This document shows, in pieces, positions 25,043-38,555 of a DNA stretch of 64,000 nt (positions are counted from its first letter, which is position 1; each line of letters starts with the position of its first letter). The translations under genes were made by a program, and so were the position numbers. Below the pieces are notes generated by a model. The model did not search any database, was not told the DNA's origin, and saw nothing but the letters and a program-made list of their open reading frames with translations. This stretch comes from Glaucostegus cemiculus (lineage: Eukaryota), in NCBI GenBank assembly GCA_976551045.1, contig CDPCPM010000076.1:13082001-13146000 (forward strand), read 5' to 3'.

Positions 25043-27679
25043 TGGAAGTGTGACCTGAGAAGTTACCCAGTCATTAAGGGAAGGTGACTCTAACAGCCCC
25101 ATGATAGCAAGATTCCAAGGAATTAAATCTCTCCCCTAGATTTAGAATTTGGAATTTGGACTATACCTCTGGGATCTGTATTCAATTCTCACTCCTCCAA
25201 CACAAGCCTGGACTACAGATTGGATCTACCTGCTTTTCCTTTATGCTTCTGAGAGGAACCTGTTAATGGTGCTTCTGTTTTTCCTTCCAAAGGTTGATTT
25301 CTACATTTCACCACATAACTTGTTCATGTTGCTATCCAGGCCTTTATTGCTATGAAAGGAAAAATAGCAGGAAATTTACATAGAGCAAGGCTCCGCAAAT
25401 CTGATGTATTAATGACCAACGTGGCCAAATCTGACTTGTCTGAGGGAAAAATATTGATCAATGCTATTCCGTGCTCTACTTTTGGGGCTCCTCTGTACTT
25501 TTTCATGGGATCTAACTAAGCTTGCAGGTGGCAATTTGGTTAAATATGCCAATGGAAAGTCAATCTATCAGTTTTGGACTGAAAATCAACTTGTGTTCTT
25601 AAATCTGTAGGATGTCTTAAATCTACAATCTTCTCGCTCAGCCAATGTAACACTGGCACAACATAAGTGAAATTCATATTTCCTTTGAATGTCCTAAGGA
25701 CTTAATTTCAATCACTGAAAAGTAAATTTCAATGCATAAATGTAATTTCTTATTTTTCTACATTTGTCATCTTCATGTTCCCACAAAGTAAAGCTACAGA
25801 ATTAATGTAACATTTTCAATCTGGGTTTGAATCACTGTGAAGGAAGTTGAGTCAAAATTAGCCAAATTTATTGAACAGGCATGAAAGGAAACATACTTCC
25901 ATCTCATCTACTTGGAACAGATTCACACCAGTACGCCAGAATCAAGATGCTGATTGTTAACCAACCTCCTTTCAAGAGTGAACTTAAAAACCATACAGGA
26001 GCCACCAATATACCATCCCACTTTAGAACAGGATAAAATTACTTTATATTAAGTAATTGTTTTGTACTGAATTTCATCTGCCTAAGAGAGTAAGCATAAC
26101 CAATAATGATTGGTTCTCAGATTCCAATATAGCTATCAGTTTGTATCCATGGACTGTGAAGAGCAAGTATGAAGTTGAGTTGAGAATTATGTCCATTATG
26201 CATCATTACATTGAGGAACTGTATGTATGTTTTGACACATGAGAGAGCTATGTTTTGCCAGCAATTATTGTTTTAATATTATTTGAGTGGAGGAGAAACA
26301 CACATCATTTCTTAGGGTTGAAAAGATTCCACACAAAGTTTAAAAATTCCTAGCTAGTCCAACTGGACACTTTTAAGATTGACTTTTACATCAGCCTGGA
26401 GTGATGCACCAGCTGGAGATGAGATTTACCTGATGTCTGACTCCATCTCTGGATGGCAGGAATGACAGAAGCTCTCACACTTGTTGGCTGCAGTGGACTG
26501 ATGAGTCAGAGTGGGACCTGATTTCATGCTCCCACTGTCAATTTCATGTCAATGAGCACACAAAATCAATTTTGCGTCAACTTGAAATTGCGCCCATGTT
26601 TAGTTCAAAGTTTTAGCTTGAGTTTTAAGTTATCCAGAATACATCTTCTGGAGCTCGCAACCTAAACTAAAAGAGAGGGAGATAAAAATATTTGAAAGCT
26701 GCCAGACATGCAGTGAATTTCAAAGACTATACAAACATTTTTAGTCGAATACAAAATCCAAACAAGAATATTAATTAATATTACAATTTAGCATGTAAGT
26801 TTTTGGTGATGCATACCAATTTAAGATGGCATTTGAGACAATCATTTATATGCCCCTTCTAACATGTACAGAACCACTAAAATTTATTAAGAACTATGCT
26901 ATTTAACATGTATATTATAAATGCGATATAGTTTAAGCCTACTCATTTCCTGTGCCATGGACGATAGCGTAAGTTTGACATTAGGTTCACATTCTGCAAT
27001 TAATGTGAACATTGCACTGGCAAAAATCAAAAGAGCCAGATGGGATTTTATATTTAATAGAGAAGACTTCTGTAGAATGAAGCCAATTACCATATAAATT
27101 AGCAGTGCTTTCAAGGGTTCTCTGTATTTTTCAGTAATTTAATATGGTATCTTAAAATGGAAGCGTATAATCTTGCAATTTATTGAAAATTTTGTCTATA
27201 TTAATCTAATTGCAGTTATGCAAACAGTTCAACTATCTGCTTCAAATATTAATGTCATCCATGTGGCAAAGCCAGTCAAGCATTGTAGCAAATCTACTTT
27301 ATGTTAAACATCTACAATTTGAATTGTCTTCCATTCAGGTATAACATGAATAAAACTGAAATTTTAACATACATAAATGAGGCCATTGATATTAGTATCA
27401 ATAGGTATTACAGTGAAGGAAAACTTGCTTTTAATTAATGCATTCTTTCTCTCTCACCTGTAGCTTGAGATTCTCACTCTTTCTCAGAGCTTTCCCAATG
27501 GTTTGGTAGGTTTGACAGAACAGCAAATGCTGTGTTTATTCTCTTGAATGTCTGCCAGACTACAGATCCCAATAGGAATTGGGGCACCATAGTTGGTACC
27601 AGTAAGCTTTGTTGGCAAGGGTGAAGCCATTCACTTGTTTTCCTGATCATCACTTTTATCCAATGGCTCCTCTCCATAT

Positions 27680-28102
27680 GTAAAATAATAGAGGGCTTGA
27701 GTTATATGAAGATACTGGATAGACTGGAGCTTTTTCCCTGGAATGTAGGAGGCTGAGGAGTGACCTTATAGAGGTAAATAAAATCATGAGGGGCATAGAT
27801 AAGGTGGATGGTCACAGTCTTTTTCCCAGGGTAGGGCAGTCTAAAACTAGAGGGCACAGGTTAATGGTCAGAGGGGAAAGATTTAAAGGGGATCTGAGGG
27901 GCCACTGAGGATAGTGGGTATATCAAACGAGTAGCCAGAGAAAGTAGTGGAGGCAGGTACAATTACAATATTTAAAAGATATTTAGATAGTAACATGGAT
28001 ATAAAAGGTTTAGAGGGATGTGGGCCAAACACAGGCAGGCAAGTTGGTCGGCATGGACGAGTTGGGCCAAGGGGACTGCTTCTGTGCTGTAACTCTATGA
28101 CC
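27680..28102 (+). mobile_element. CR1 LINE 3' portion
   Basis: LDRLELFP...RRLRSDLIEVNKIMRGID remnant and tail ctgtgctgtaactctatga. Confidence 0.85.
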
Positions 28103-29994
28103 CTTTCCAAATGCATTTACTTCTCTGTGTCTACATTGAGTAGGGATATGATTAAGCTTGCATGTAACCTCTCCACATTTAAAAAGCCTTTGTTGTTCAC
28201 TTTCCAAGCATAAGTACAAAGAAAGTTCATTAGTGTTTCATTACAGAAAAGGTGCTGGCTATTGTAGGACACTTGTTCTGGCACAAGAATAAGGTGCTGG
28301 CATTGGGAGTCAGGGATAGCTGCAATGGCGATAGGCCAGAAATATGTGCCTTTCCAAATTGTCAAGATGAATTTTTGTCTTTATCCTCCACCCCGCCCCT
28401 GCCCCCCCCCCCAGTCCCTGTTGATTATTTTGATACAAACTAACCTGTTAAATGGCATCTCAAGGTTCTTGCTTCTAGGTCTGAAAGGAGCAATAATTTG
28501 AAAAAAATCAGTTACAGGCTGATAAGAACTATTCTCAGCTAGTATTCAATATTAACTTTAAAAAATTTTTGGCGCTTACTTATTCAAGCCAAAATAAAAT
28601 GCCATGGAACACCAGGTGATAGATTTTCAAAATTCTGAAAATTGACCCAAGACAATTACTCTGGTTCTCATACTGCAGATGCTGACTGACCCGCTGAGCA
28701 CTTACAGCAATTTGTTATCATTCACATCTCATATATCTCTCATATCTGCAGGAGTTTGCTTTTGTGCAGGTAAAACTCCAGATTTTTATAGCCATCATGA
28801 AAGGAGGGTGATATAAAAATGTGCTGGATGGTAATCATTCCAAAAGCATAAAAGTACACCTTTTTCACTTGGCTCCATTACCTTAGATTGAAAATCAATC
28901 TCCCTCCTCCACCCAAGCTCCTGTCTCCCCCATAGCTTTCTATCCCACACAATGAAAAGTAAAGATCATCTTTTCAACAAAAAGGGAAAGGTATTGCTTT
29001 ATCTTCAAAGAACGAAAATCAAGTGTGTTCTACCTTATGTGGTTGAGCCATTCTTTCAGATTACAGCTCAGGGAGTGCTAATCAAAATCATTCCAGTGAT
29101 TTTTTTTTAAATTAAAAATTACAATATAATAGAGAAGCCTCTTTAATCCATGTGAATTATAATGACTCACAGAACTTTAGGTTACTAAAATTTGGCTTAA
29201 CATTCAACATGTAAATTTATAATTCCTAATAATTATTTTAAACACTGGACAATAAATGTAATTGATATTTTTCTCACCCCTTGTGCCTATACGATTGTTC
29301 CAACTATCAAACTGAGTCCTGATTGTCACTATCTAATTAATACCACATTTAAGTCTCATATTCTGCAACGTGAAAGTCAACACTTATGTATGTTTCACCT
29401 TCATAAAATTTCTTACAAAGTTCTTATTTCTGTAGTTATAATGTTAAATTTAGTGAGCATTTTTATTTTGTTTTTGTATTGTTAACTTTGTTAATCAGCA
29501 ATATATTTTCATGGGCATTGTGGAGTTCACAGGAGTGTGATAGTTTTTAGACATGGTAAAGTGGTGGATTTTACAATCTGTTTACTGACTGTTTTGTTAG
29601 AAAGATTGCTGATGATCAGGCATGACCCACAATACCCTCCCCACAGATGTTGCTGGCCTTCTGTGTATTTCCAGCATTTCTGTCCTTATTTCAGATTTCC
29701 AGATTTTTGTTTTTCCACTACTGGTTATCTTATTCCTGCTGTCAATGTATTTCCTTAGTTGACTTACTTGCAATTCTTTAAAATTTTTCCATAAATCTAT
29801 AAGAGTTGACATGATTTTCAAGGCTATATAGGTGTGGTTTATTTTCCTTCATCCTATCTATATTGGTTTCAAATGCTGTAATTGTGCTATTTAATTTACT
29901 GAATGTGACAGGTCCATTAATGAGTGTCTGTCCTTTTGTTGTGTGGGAATTGACATTTCACTTGGTATTGGAGATTAATCCCAATAACGTTTAG

Positions 29995-30157
29995 ATTCTT
30001 TCTGGCTTCTGCCCTCTTCCTTTCCAGTCCTGATGAAGGGCCTCTACCCAAAATGTTGACTGTTTATTTCCCTCCATAGATGCTGCCAGACCTGCTGAGT
30101 TCCTCCAGCATTTTGTGTGTGTTGCTCCAGATTCCAGCATCTGCAGAACCTCTTGTA
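29995..30157 (+). mobile_element. Penelope-like terminal repeat with degenerate hammerhead ribozyme
   Basis: cagtc-CTGATGA-aggg...ccc-aaaa-tgtt-gactg, followed by gatgctgccagacctgctgagttcctccagc. Confidence 0.75.
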
Positions 30158-30974
30158 TCAATGTATAGAATCTGGTTCTTTCTGCAGCTATGTTAGCGAG
30201 TCATCAGGGAGAAATGTTTATCCAATCAGTTGGGTTTTGATTTAAATAGAGGAAGCCTCAGCTTTGCAAATTGGCTTTGTGGTGGAAATGGTGCGATTTG
30301 CCCTAAATTGTTAGTGCTAAACAAATGTTACAGTCTGCAACCAAAAATTGCTTTCATTGCTAATTTACACTTCATGACAAATTCATGCAATGGTAAATAA
30401 CTGCCCAGACTATGCACTCAAAGCTTCAGGTGCAAAGACCAATAAGGACCAGACTGCCAAATGGCAAATCACCAATGTTGGTAAAAAGGAAAGGGCAAAA
30501 TAGACAAACGGCCAGAGTTAGAGACTTTAGAGGGTTAAGGGGCTGGGGGAAGTTATAAAGATAGCAACTGCCAAGGATGAAACTTTATAAATGTAAATGT
30601 TGGTGGAGATAAATGTTGGGAAATGTGCATATAATTGTCAGGTGAACGGAACGAAGTTTGTTAGGAAATGGATGTGCTCAAATTCGTGGATGTTGGAAGA
30701 TAGAAGCTAACTGGGAGAACAATGTACAAGTTGTCTGGGGTAACAAGAGTAGGTATGAAGATTTCAGCAGCAAATGGGTTATAGTAAGAGCACTATTATT
30801 GAGGTGCAGGTAGTTGGCCTTGTTGGTGGCATTTACATGTTATCTAATTCTCAACTCAGAGACATACAGCACAAGGTTCTGAAGAGTTTGGGTCAGCTAT
30901 TGACTCATAACATAATCAGTCACTCGCCAATTTCAGAAAGAGCATGTAACAGATATCCATTTCATCTACAAAGA

Positions 30975-31445
30975 CAATGCTGAACTTCCAATCTCCCATC
31001 AATGCACTTCTCCACCCTACTCCCACTCTGATTTCCCTGTCCTATGTTGTTTCAGCCATGCACAGCGCAATCTGGAGGAACAGTACATCGTATTCTGACC
31101 AAGTACGCTATAACTCCCGGGTATGTTTAATAGTTTCAGGTAAAGTCCCCATTTTCAACATAGATGTGGCTGAGCATTCCCTTTCAATCTGTTTTTTTCA
31201 CAAATTGTTTCTGTTTCATTTTGTTCTAACTGCTACCTTTTAAAATAATTGTTATTTTGACAATTTGGTCCATACCCTCTCACAGGCATTTCCTCTGTTC
31301 TCTATGCTTACTCATCTCTACAGCTTAAAGCACTCTTGTCTTCTTACTTTTCCATTTCTCAACCATGAACTGTTGAGTGTTTCCAGCTCTCTCTGGTTTT
31401 GTTTCAGGTTTCCAACATCTGCAATACTTTGCTCCAACAGTCAGA
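30975..31445 (+). mobile_element. Penelope-like element 3' end (GIY-YIG endonuclease C-terminus remnant)
   Basis: cgcaatctggaggaacagtacatcgtattc encodes RNLEEQYIVF (cf. RKLEEQHLIFRL), ending ...FR*. A pyrimidine-rich UTR and the ccaacatctgca terminus follow. Confidence 0.65.
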
Positions 31446-31689
31446 AGGCATTTTTTTTGTATTTGCATTAATGGGTAAATTCTTCACAGTCAATGAAATA
31501 CTTTTAAAAGAAATCATTCTTACAACAACCTGTTGCAGGTATTTGCACAAAACCAGATCCCACAAGCAATAATGAAACCAATGCCCAACTATATGTTTAT
31601 GATCTTGTTTCCAGTTATTTCCAAAAGTAGAATGGGTGCCAATGTCTATTCTGGCCAATACATAACATTTCTGTTGCTCCCAGGTTCTA

Positions 31690-32000
31690 AAGCCTCAGGT
31701 CTGATTTGGGAGGGTGGGGGAATGGAGGAATCAGGGAGGACCATCAGTACATTGATGGAGAGGGCTAACAATATGTACAATATTGGACAGAGTAGGCCAC
31801 AGAAATTAGGAACTGCAGTACACCAGATAGAGCAGAAGCAGGGGGTTATTATGGGGATGAAAGGCTCAGATCAGGTGGTCATGAGTGTTGTAGATCAGGA
31901 GTTGTTAGGGGCTGGTATCGTTTTGGTGATGATTAGGGGAGGGAGCAGGGGTGTAGATAGTTTGATTACCTTGCTGACCTCCCAGTTTGACGCAGTGGTG
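31690..32000 (-). mobile_element. Old L2-like LINE fragment
   Basis: G-rich + strand typical of antisense L2 ORF2. The ORF 31533-32003 is probably its antisense artefact. Confidence 0.4.
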
Positions 32001-32199
32001 TAAAGCTCACATCCCAGCACTACCCAACAATGGTTGCCAGGATAAAGTGGCCCAAGTTCACTTGCAGTATTAAAAAAGTGAATGAAGTGATCTCATGTCC
32101 CCAACGTAGATATCACAATGGTGATTGGTAACGTTAATTGCCAGTTTGAATTTTGCAAGTGACAGGAAACAAACCAGAAATCGTCATTATCCTGTTTCT

Positions 32200-32670
32200 G
32201 TTGGAGAAATTGATTTTCAGTTTGCACACCTTTGCAGGAGACTGCTGCCTGGGATCATCACTCCTCTTATGCCTGTATCCTTTCTAATGCATGCAGCAAT
32301 GGATTTGATACAAAATACAAAAGAGAGAGAGGACAGTCTTGCCGAACTCCAGATTTGATTAGTAACCCATTGATCAGGATTGATATCTGTAAGAGCATTA
32401 GTACATCAGTAGCAATTGTAGATTCCCTCCCCATCTCAGGGACCCCCATCACATACTTGTGCAATCCTCCTGATTCACATTGATTAAGCACGTGTCCATT
32501 GTTTATCCCACATGTAGGTGGTTAAATCCCTGAATAGTGGAAAACTGTCGAACCTTACTGCAGGGTGCAGTGCAGGTCTGATCTGGGTTAATCATCAGCT
32601 CCAGAGCAGAATTACCTTTATTGGTGATGGCCTTGGATAGAATCTTGTAATCCACATTAAGCAGTTAGAC
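32200..32670 (-). mobile_element. L1/Tx1-clade LINE reverse transcriptase remnant
   Basis: Minus-strand LLNVDYKILSKAIT (32662-32621) and INGLLIKSGVRQDCPLS (cf. GVRQGCPLSP). Probably extends to ~33150. Confidence 0.8.
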
Positions 32671-35087
32671 GGTTAGATTGATTAATGGTACATTTCCAAT
32701 AGGTCTGAGCCAATCTAATCGCAAAGAGCCAAGTACAGCTCAGCTGGCAAGCTGTCACTTGCAGGAATATTATTTTCCTTGAAGGCAAGTACTGACATTG
32801 TCAGCTCATGCACAGTTAATGGTGGTCCAGATTCTTCTTCTTGCTGTCATCTAAAGTCTCTAAGTCAGAGGACAGTAAATTCTGGGAGGCTGTGCTGCCT
32901 GTGGCCTTCAAAACATACAGTACAACCTGGGATAGAAGAAATTATGTCCTTAATATGTCAAACTGCAAGAAGGTTACTAAATCATTTCTCTACCTTAAGG
33001 GATCACGATAAAGTGCATCATCAGCTTCATCTATGAGCAAAAAGGGGATATTAGGTTAAAATCAACCCCTTTGTCTACTATGCAGTACACAATGGGACTG
33101 AACAAGAGTCCCCGCTTGCTTTCAGCATTCTTTTCCAATATTTATTTTTTAATCCTATCTATGATTTTATTGATGTTGCCAGATGTACTCTATTTGAAAA
33201 GTTCAAATCAAAGCAAATCTCAGGAGACCTAGAAAGGAATGAACCTCGTATTCATGAGGTTATTGGTGCAATTGTGCAGGCGGGAGGTAATTTAAATTTT
33301 AAATTATACTGATAGACCTCTGGAGAGCTCATGCTGCCAAGATATTATGGAAATCCAGTCAATACTGAGATCATCTGCCTAAATCTCTTTCCTTTTCTCC
33401 CTTTGGTTCTGTTGGATTTTATCAGTGTTGCTGGAATAAGTACTGACTGCAAGCACTTGTCCTAAAATGTGTTTCAGTGTGCTCTATTGTTTCTGATCAA
33501 AGATCAGGGTTTTTGGTATCCGGTACCATATTGATTCCAGACACAGAATCAGCTTTGGAAGAGGAAGATTAAATTATTCCTAGACTGTTGGGTTTTATAA
33601 ACATTTATTGTCTTCAATTCTATCCTCTGAAAGAAAAATGTGGCATTCTTTTCACTAACTGTATTGCAATTTGACAGTTGGGATTAAACATGAGGATTAG
33701 CAATTGAATGTTTGAAAATAAAAATAGACATGCCACTTCTGTGAAAACCTTTGTAAAAACAACCATTAACTTCTGTTTTGCATTAAGTTTTAAAAGTTTA
33801 GTGGAAACAGCCTCATGACAATATTGAAAAACTGGGGCCTTAAATATTTTTTGGCTGTTTGCTCCCCATGAACTCCTGAAGACAGAGGTGATAACTTTTC
33901 TTTTGTGCTGGTCATTTTTCAGTATTTCATCCCTAAGCTGTCTCTCTATGTTTGGTCTGTATCCCAGCAAGCATTTCAGTTTGAGACATAATCCTGTCAG
34001 ATTCAAGTCTAGTTTATGCACAGCTTTGTGGGCCAAAGAGCCTGAATTGTGCTGTAGTTTTTCTATGTTTAATAGCCAAGCAAAAATGCACATTCCACCA
34101 GGGGCATTAAATAAGTATCAGGAGCAAGAATCCATACAGATTTTTCTCTTCCTTACCTCAAGCATGTTAGGATAGAATTTTAAATGCCTTTCTCCCATTT
34201 TGATTTAAATCACGTCAATCAGCAAAGAAAGGAAACTGAATTTGTGGTCTTCTGACTGATTCCATTGCTATTGATTTAAAATGTACCATTGGGTGAGCTG
34301 AGTGAATTTAATCTTTAATTATGCACATTGTTGCAATCTTTAGCTCTGAATATGAAAGGCATTTCAGAAAAGCAAATCTCTGCCAAATTAATGAATTGTA
34401 GGAATTTAAACCTTTTTAAATCTGCATTGTTTGTTTCACTGACTTATTATACGTGTTGTCTCTGCATATAAATGTTGCTTACTTCCTTAATTGTTTAATC
34501 ATTCATTTGGACATTCCACCAGAAGTGTCACTTTGAAGCTAGTTATCTAAGATACTGATCAGCAGCTAATTAAAATTTGTGAATTAGTCAACTGACTCAT
34601 TATTTGGTTTCGTTTTTTATCCTCAGTTCCCTGATTTTTGGAATTGTGTTTTAGTTTTCACCTACCACTTTTTTCCCTCTCTTTCTGTACATCTATCTCT
34701 CTTTGTCTCTCTAGGGTTTAATTTTCTCTGCATTCCCAATGAAGGAGTAGGTTATCTAGCCCATCTCTATTACTCTGTTTTGGTTTGATGGCTTCTGCTC
34801 ATTATTTTTAGCCTGCCTATTTATGTTGAGTGCCTAATTTCTCTCTGCACTGTTTTAATTCAGACAGTAAAAACAAATTAATGCCTGCATTATAATAAAT
34901 GGAAAATAAAAATGGATAGGGTTTTTTGCTGACCATGTTAATGTCAGAGGTAATTGTTGTATGTTGCATTTGCAAAATAATTAGATAAATGTAAAGCAAG
35001 TTTTCAAGTTTATGATTATAAGCATGTTTTTTTCATAATTTAGGAAACAGGGAGGTGTATACTTCCTCTTTTTACTGCTTAATCCTT

Positions 35088-35290
35088 CTCTTCTTCCTAG
35101 GCAGACCCTTGGAGCAGAGGTTGACTTGCCCTCAACCAGTTTTATGTGATCGATGTGGCTGATGAGACCAAAGAGAGATCTACCACAGGTGTGCAAGAGG
35201 TGCTTGATGGGGGAGATAAGTAGTTTCAGAAGGGGGGGGTGCACTCCCTTTGCTTTGTCGAATGTGACTGATAAAGGCACTTGTGGTTCA
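35088..35290 (-). mobile_element. RTE LINE 3' end fragment
   Basis: cttcttcctaggcagacccttgg...gacttgc is the reverse complement of the RTE tail seen at 59350-59390. Confidence 0.6.
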
Positions 35291-35559
35291 GTGCTATCCA
35301 AACATTGTTTTTCCATGCTGAGTGGACATGAGACAAAGATTCACGTGGTATGATCGGGATGTTATACATGTTTCAAGAAGACTTTGAGAAAATCTTTAAA
35401 TCCTTTCCTTTGTTGATCTGGTAACCTCTTGCTGTGGTGGAGTAGAGTGTCTTTCCCAGGAGTCTCTGGTCGGAGAACCACAGAGTGACAGAAACAGGCA
35501 TAAGCTTGGCACACAAAAGACTCACACACAGACATGGGTGGATCCAGGTACAGATGTTC

Positions 35560-36298
35560 CTGCCCACTGTCTCCTCCTTATCTCCTTTACCCACCCTCCC
35601 CTTCACCTCTCTCACCTCCTGTCCTCTCATTTATCAATTTCCTCTCCTCCCACCCTCCCTCAAACCCCCTCGCTTCTCCCATCTTCCTTCTTACACCTTG
35701 ATGCTTGGCCCCCTCCTTCCTCCCATGTGCCACATGCCCCTCCCCTTTCCTTCCTTGCCCCTCTGCTCTCTTCCCACCCCACCTTTTCTCCCCTCGAAAC
35801 ATACAAGCACTCTCTCAGCACACACAGATGCACTCTGACCACATAAAAACACATGCACATGAACACAAACATCTGTGATTTTGTACACACCTTCCTCATT
35901 TGCACCCCTCCCTTGCCCTCCCCCCTTCCCCCTTCCCACCATAAGTCCCTGACCCTCTCCCTCAGTCTCCCTATCTCACTTCCCTTTTTCTTAACTGTAT
36001 CTGCTTGTTCATCTTCATCACCCCATTTACCTTTCCATGCCTTTCTCAATTCTGTCATTCTCTTGACCCCATCCTAACCTTCCCAACGTCTGCAGTGAAC
36101 AGCCAACCGCTTGCCCTTCCTCTCTCTCTACCCCTCTCTCTTTCTCTCTTCCCTTCCCCCCTCTCTCTGTCTTCCTCTCTCTCTCTCTCTCTCTCCCCCA
36201 TCTCTCTTTCCTTCCCCTCTCTCTATCTTCCTTGCCCCATCTCTCTTTTTTTTGTGTCACCCCATCTTCTCTCTCTTTCTCTTTCACTCTCTCTCTCG
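35560..36298. repeat. Pyrimidine-rich (CT) low-complexity tract
   Basis: Nearly pure C/T on + strand at 36110-36298, including a (CT)n run. Confidence 0.85.
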
Positions 36299-36891
36299 GT
36301 ACCTGAAAGTCTGAACACAACTTATATGGCTGATGCTGAGGTCCAATTTCCAAAATGTTCTTTATGATGTGCACATGAAATATATTTAAAAAAATCTCCC
36401 AACCAGTGAATACTTCTGAGTGTTAATGGTTGTATCTAAACTTAGTAGACATTTACACTAAACATTATTCCGTTGACAAATGACCAGCTATTATTTTACA
36501 GTTATTGTGGCTGAGGTTATTGTTTCTTCTAAAATATGCTTCTACACTTGGTCGTATTTCCTCATTGAAGTGACAGCTTGGATAATGGGCACCACTCTGT
36601 GTGTAATTCACTACCAACTTCTGATTGAGCTGAAAGTGCTGCCACTTAGTCAAAACTGATAACTCACTTCATTTCAAAGTCTGTGGATTTAAATTCAGCT
36701 GGTAACAGGTTAAAAAGTTGCTACAAATGTTAAAAGTGTTACTGGTTGACAGATAGTTGCTGGCCAGACATGAGAAGAATTAATCTGCTCTTTTCCCAAC
36801 AATGGGGATCTTTTACCCCCATTGACAAGGATACATTGATTTAGCTTTCCATTAAAATACAAGATCTCAAAAAGATTGGCAGTCTTTTACT

Positions 36892-37500
36892 GTTATGCAG
36901 CACAGAAACAGGCTTTTGGCCCTACTCGTCCGTGCCGACCAAGGTGTCTACCCGAACTAGTCCCATTTGCCTGCATTTGGCCCATATCCCTCTAAACCTT
37001 TCCTATCCATGAACCTGTCCAAATGTCTTTTAAACATTGTAATTGTACCAATTGCAGCTTGTTCCATATGCCTACCACCATGTGTGTGAAGAATCTGTCC
37101 CTCAGGTCCCCTTTAAATATTTCCTCCTCTTACCTTAATCCTGCCCTCTTGTTTTAGACTCCCATATTCTAAGAAAAAGGCCATGACTATCCCTCTTATC
37201 TATGCTCCTCATGATTTTATTTATCTCCATAAAGTCACCCCTCAGCTTCCTTTGCTCCCAGGAAAAGAGTCCCAACCTTTAATGTCTCTCCTCATAACCC
37301 AAGCCCACTGGTCCTGGCAATATCCTGGTGAATCTTTTCTGCATCCTGTCTAGTGTAATCACATCCTTCCTATGGTATAGCGACTAGAACTGCACATAAT
37401 ATTCCAGGCACAATCTCACCAGTGTCCTCTACAGGTAAAAAATGACATCTCCATTCTTGTACACAATGCCTTGTATTATAATAAGCATGGAAGGATCCAT
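36892..37500 (-). mobile_element. CR1 LINE 3' portion
   Basis: cagcacagaaacaggcttttggccc...atccctctaaacctttcctatccatg...gactagaactgcacataatattcc. Confidence 0.85.
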
Positions 37501-37863
37501 AGTGTCCACAACACTGTTGTGTCATTTCTACACTTGGGAAGGAGTCTTCCATAATAAAAAAGTTAATAAAATTCTCTTGATATAATTATTTTCAAGTGAA
37601 GGAGAGGCAGATCCTGGAATGCGAGGTGACCAATGTTAAGAAAACAATTTTATTTGAAGTGATGAGTTAGAAGCTGATAAAGGCATGGAAACAGGTTGGG
37701 ATATTTTGAAATGCATTGTGCAAGAAGGAATTGGTAAACCTGAATGACCAGCATTGAAGTAGTGGGAAGTGGCCACTATCCAGTAATACAGTATGATATG
37801 TATGATAAGTAAAACATGGATGTGTACAGCTGAAGATTGTTTTCATCAGAAGCTGTTGTAAAC

Positions 37864-38555
37864 TGTTATGAGTCAGGTTGCTATTTGGTGAATGTCCCTT
37901 TAAGGCACCTGGACAGTAGAGTAGTAGTGTGTGTGGTGTCTTGACAACAGCAAGAAGATAACAACGTGCTGGCTGTTTTGCTCAGTGAGTCAGAGTGAGT
38001 CAAAGTGAGAATAGAGGGAGAGAGAGAGAGAGACACTAACTGCTGGTCTCCGTAACAATGGATGATGAAGATAGATAGTACAATAGATTGTCACTACAAT
38101 CCATGTATGGATTTTTGGAGCAAACAAGTGGAGTCCACCTTGTCGTTAACCTGTACTGGAAAACAGGTATTTCTGTGGGCGGCCATGAATCAAATGCCTT
38201 TGGGGTGGCAGATACTTCAGACCAAAGCAATGGAGATCATCGGAGACTGAGGTGTCATATGGGTTCCATCATGGAACACGTGGATTTCGTAAATTCTCTC
38301 TACATCCTCTACATATTCTCTTCAGTCAACAGTGGTTTTGCAAAAGCCTTTGCTCACATTTCACCTTATGACTTGCTAAACTGAACTTTGAGAACTACTC
38401 CTAGACTTGGAGTTTGGGAATTTGCCACACATACACTTTAAGTTTAGTTTGGGGGATTATGTTTGATATCTAATGTTTTTACTTTTTATTATTACAAGTA
38501 GTTCTTAACACTTGTACATTACTCGGTGTGTTTCTATTGTTGCTGGTACTTAACA
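37864..38555 (+). mobile_element. Solo LTR (692 bp), Gypsy-like
   Basis: Perfect termini TGTTA...TAACA and 4-bp TSD AAAC (37860-37863, 38556-38559). Orientation inferred from the regulatory motifs at the left end. Confidence 0.85.

Noticed and set aside
26498-26537. CTGATGA-GTC...GAC hammerhead-like motif
   Set aside because: No GAAA after stem II and no stem I/III.
31533-32003. 156-aa ORF
   Set aside because: Spans a SINE remnant and the antisense of an L2-like fragment; no ATG start or domain.
35101-35189. Apparent + strand exon (polypyrimidine-TAG acceptor, CAG|GTGTGC donor)
   Set aside because: It is the reverse complement of an RTE LINE tail; the splice-like signals come from the repeat.
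35373-36374. Cluster of overlapping 70-130 aa ORFs
   Set aside because: Artefact of stop-poor CT/GA low-complexity sequence.
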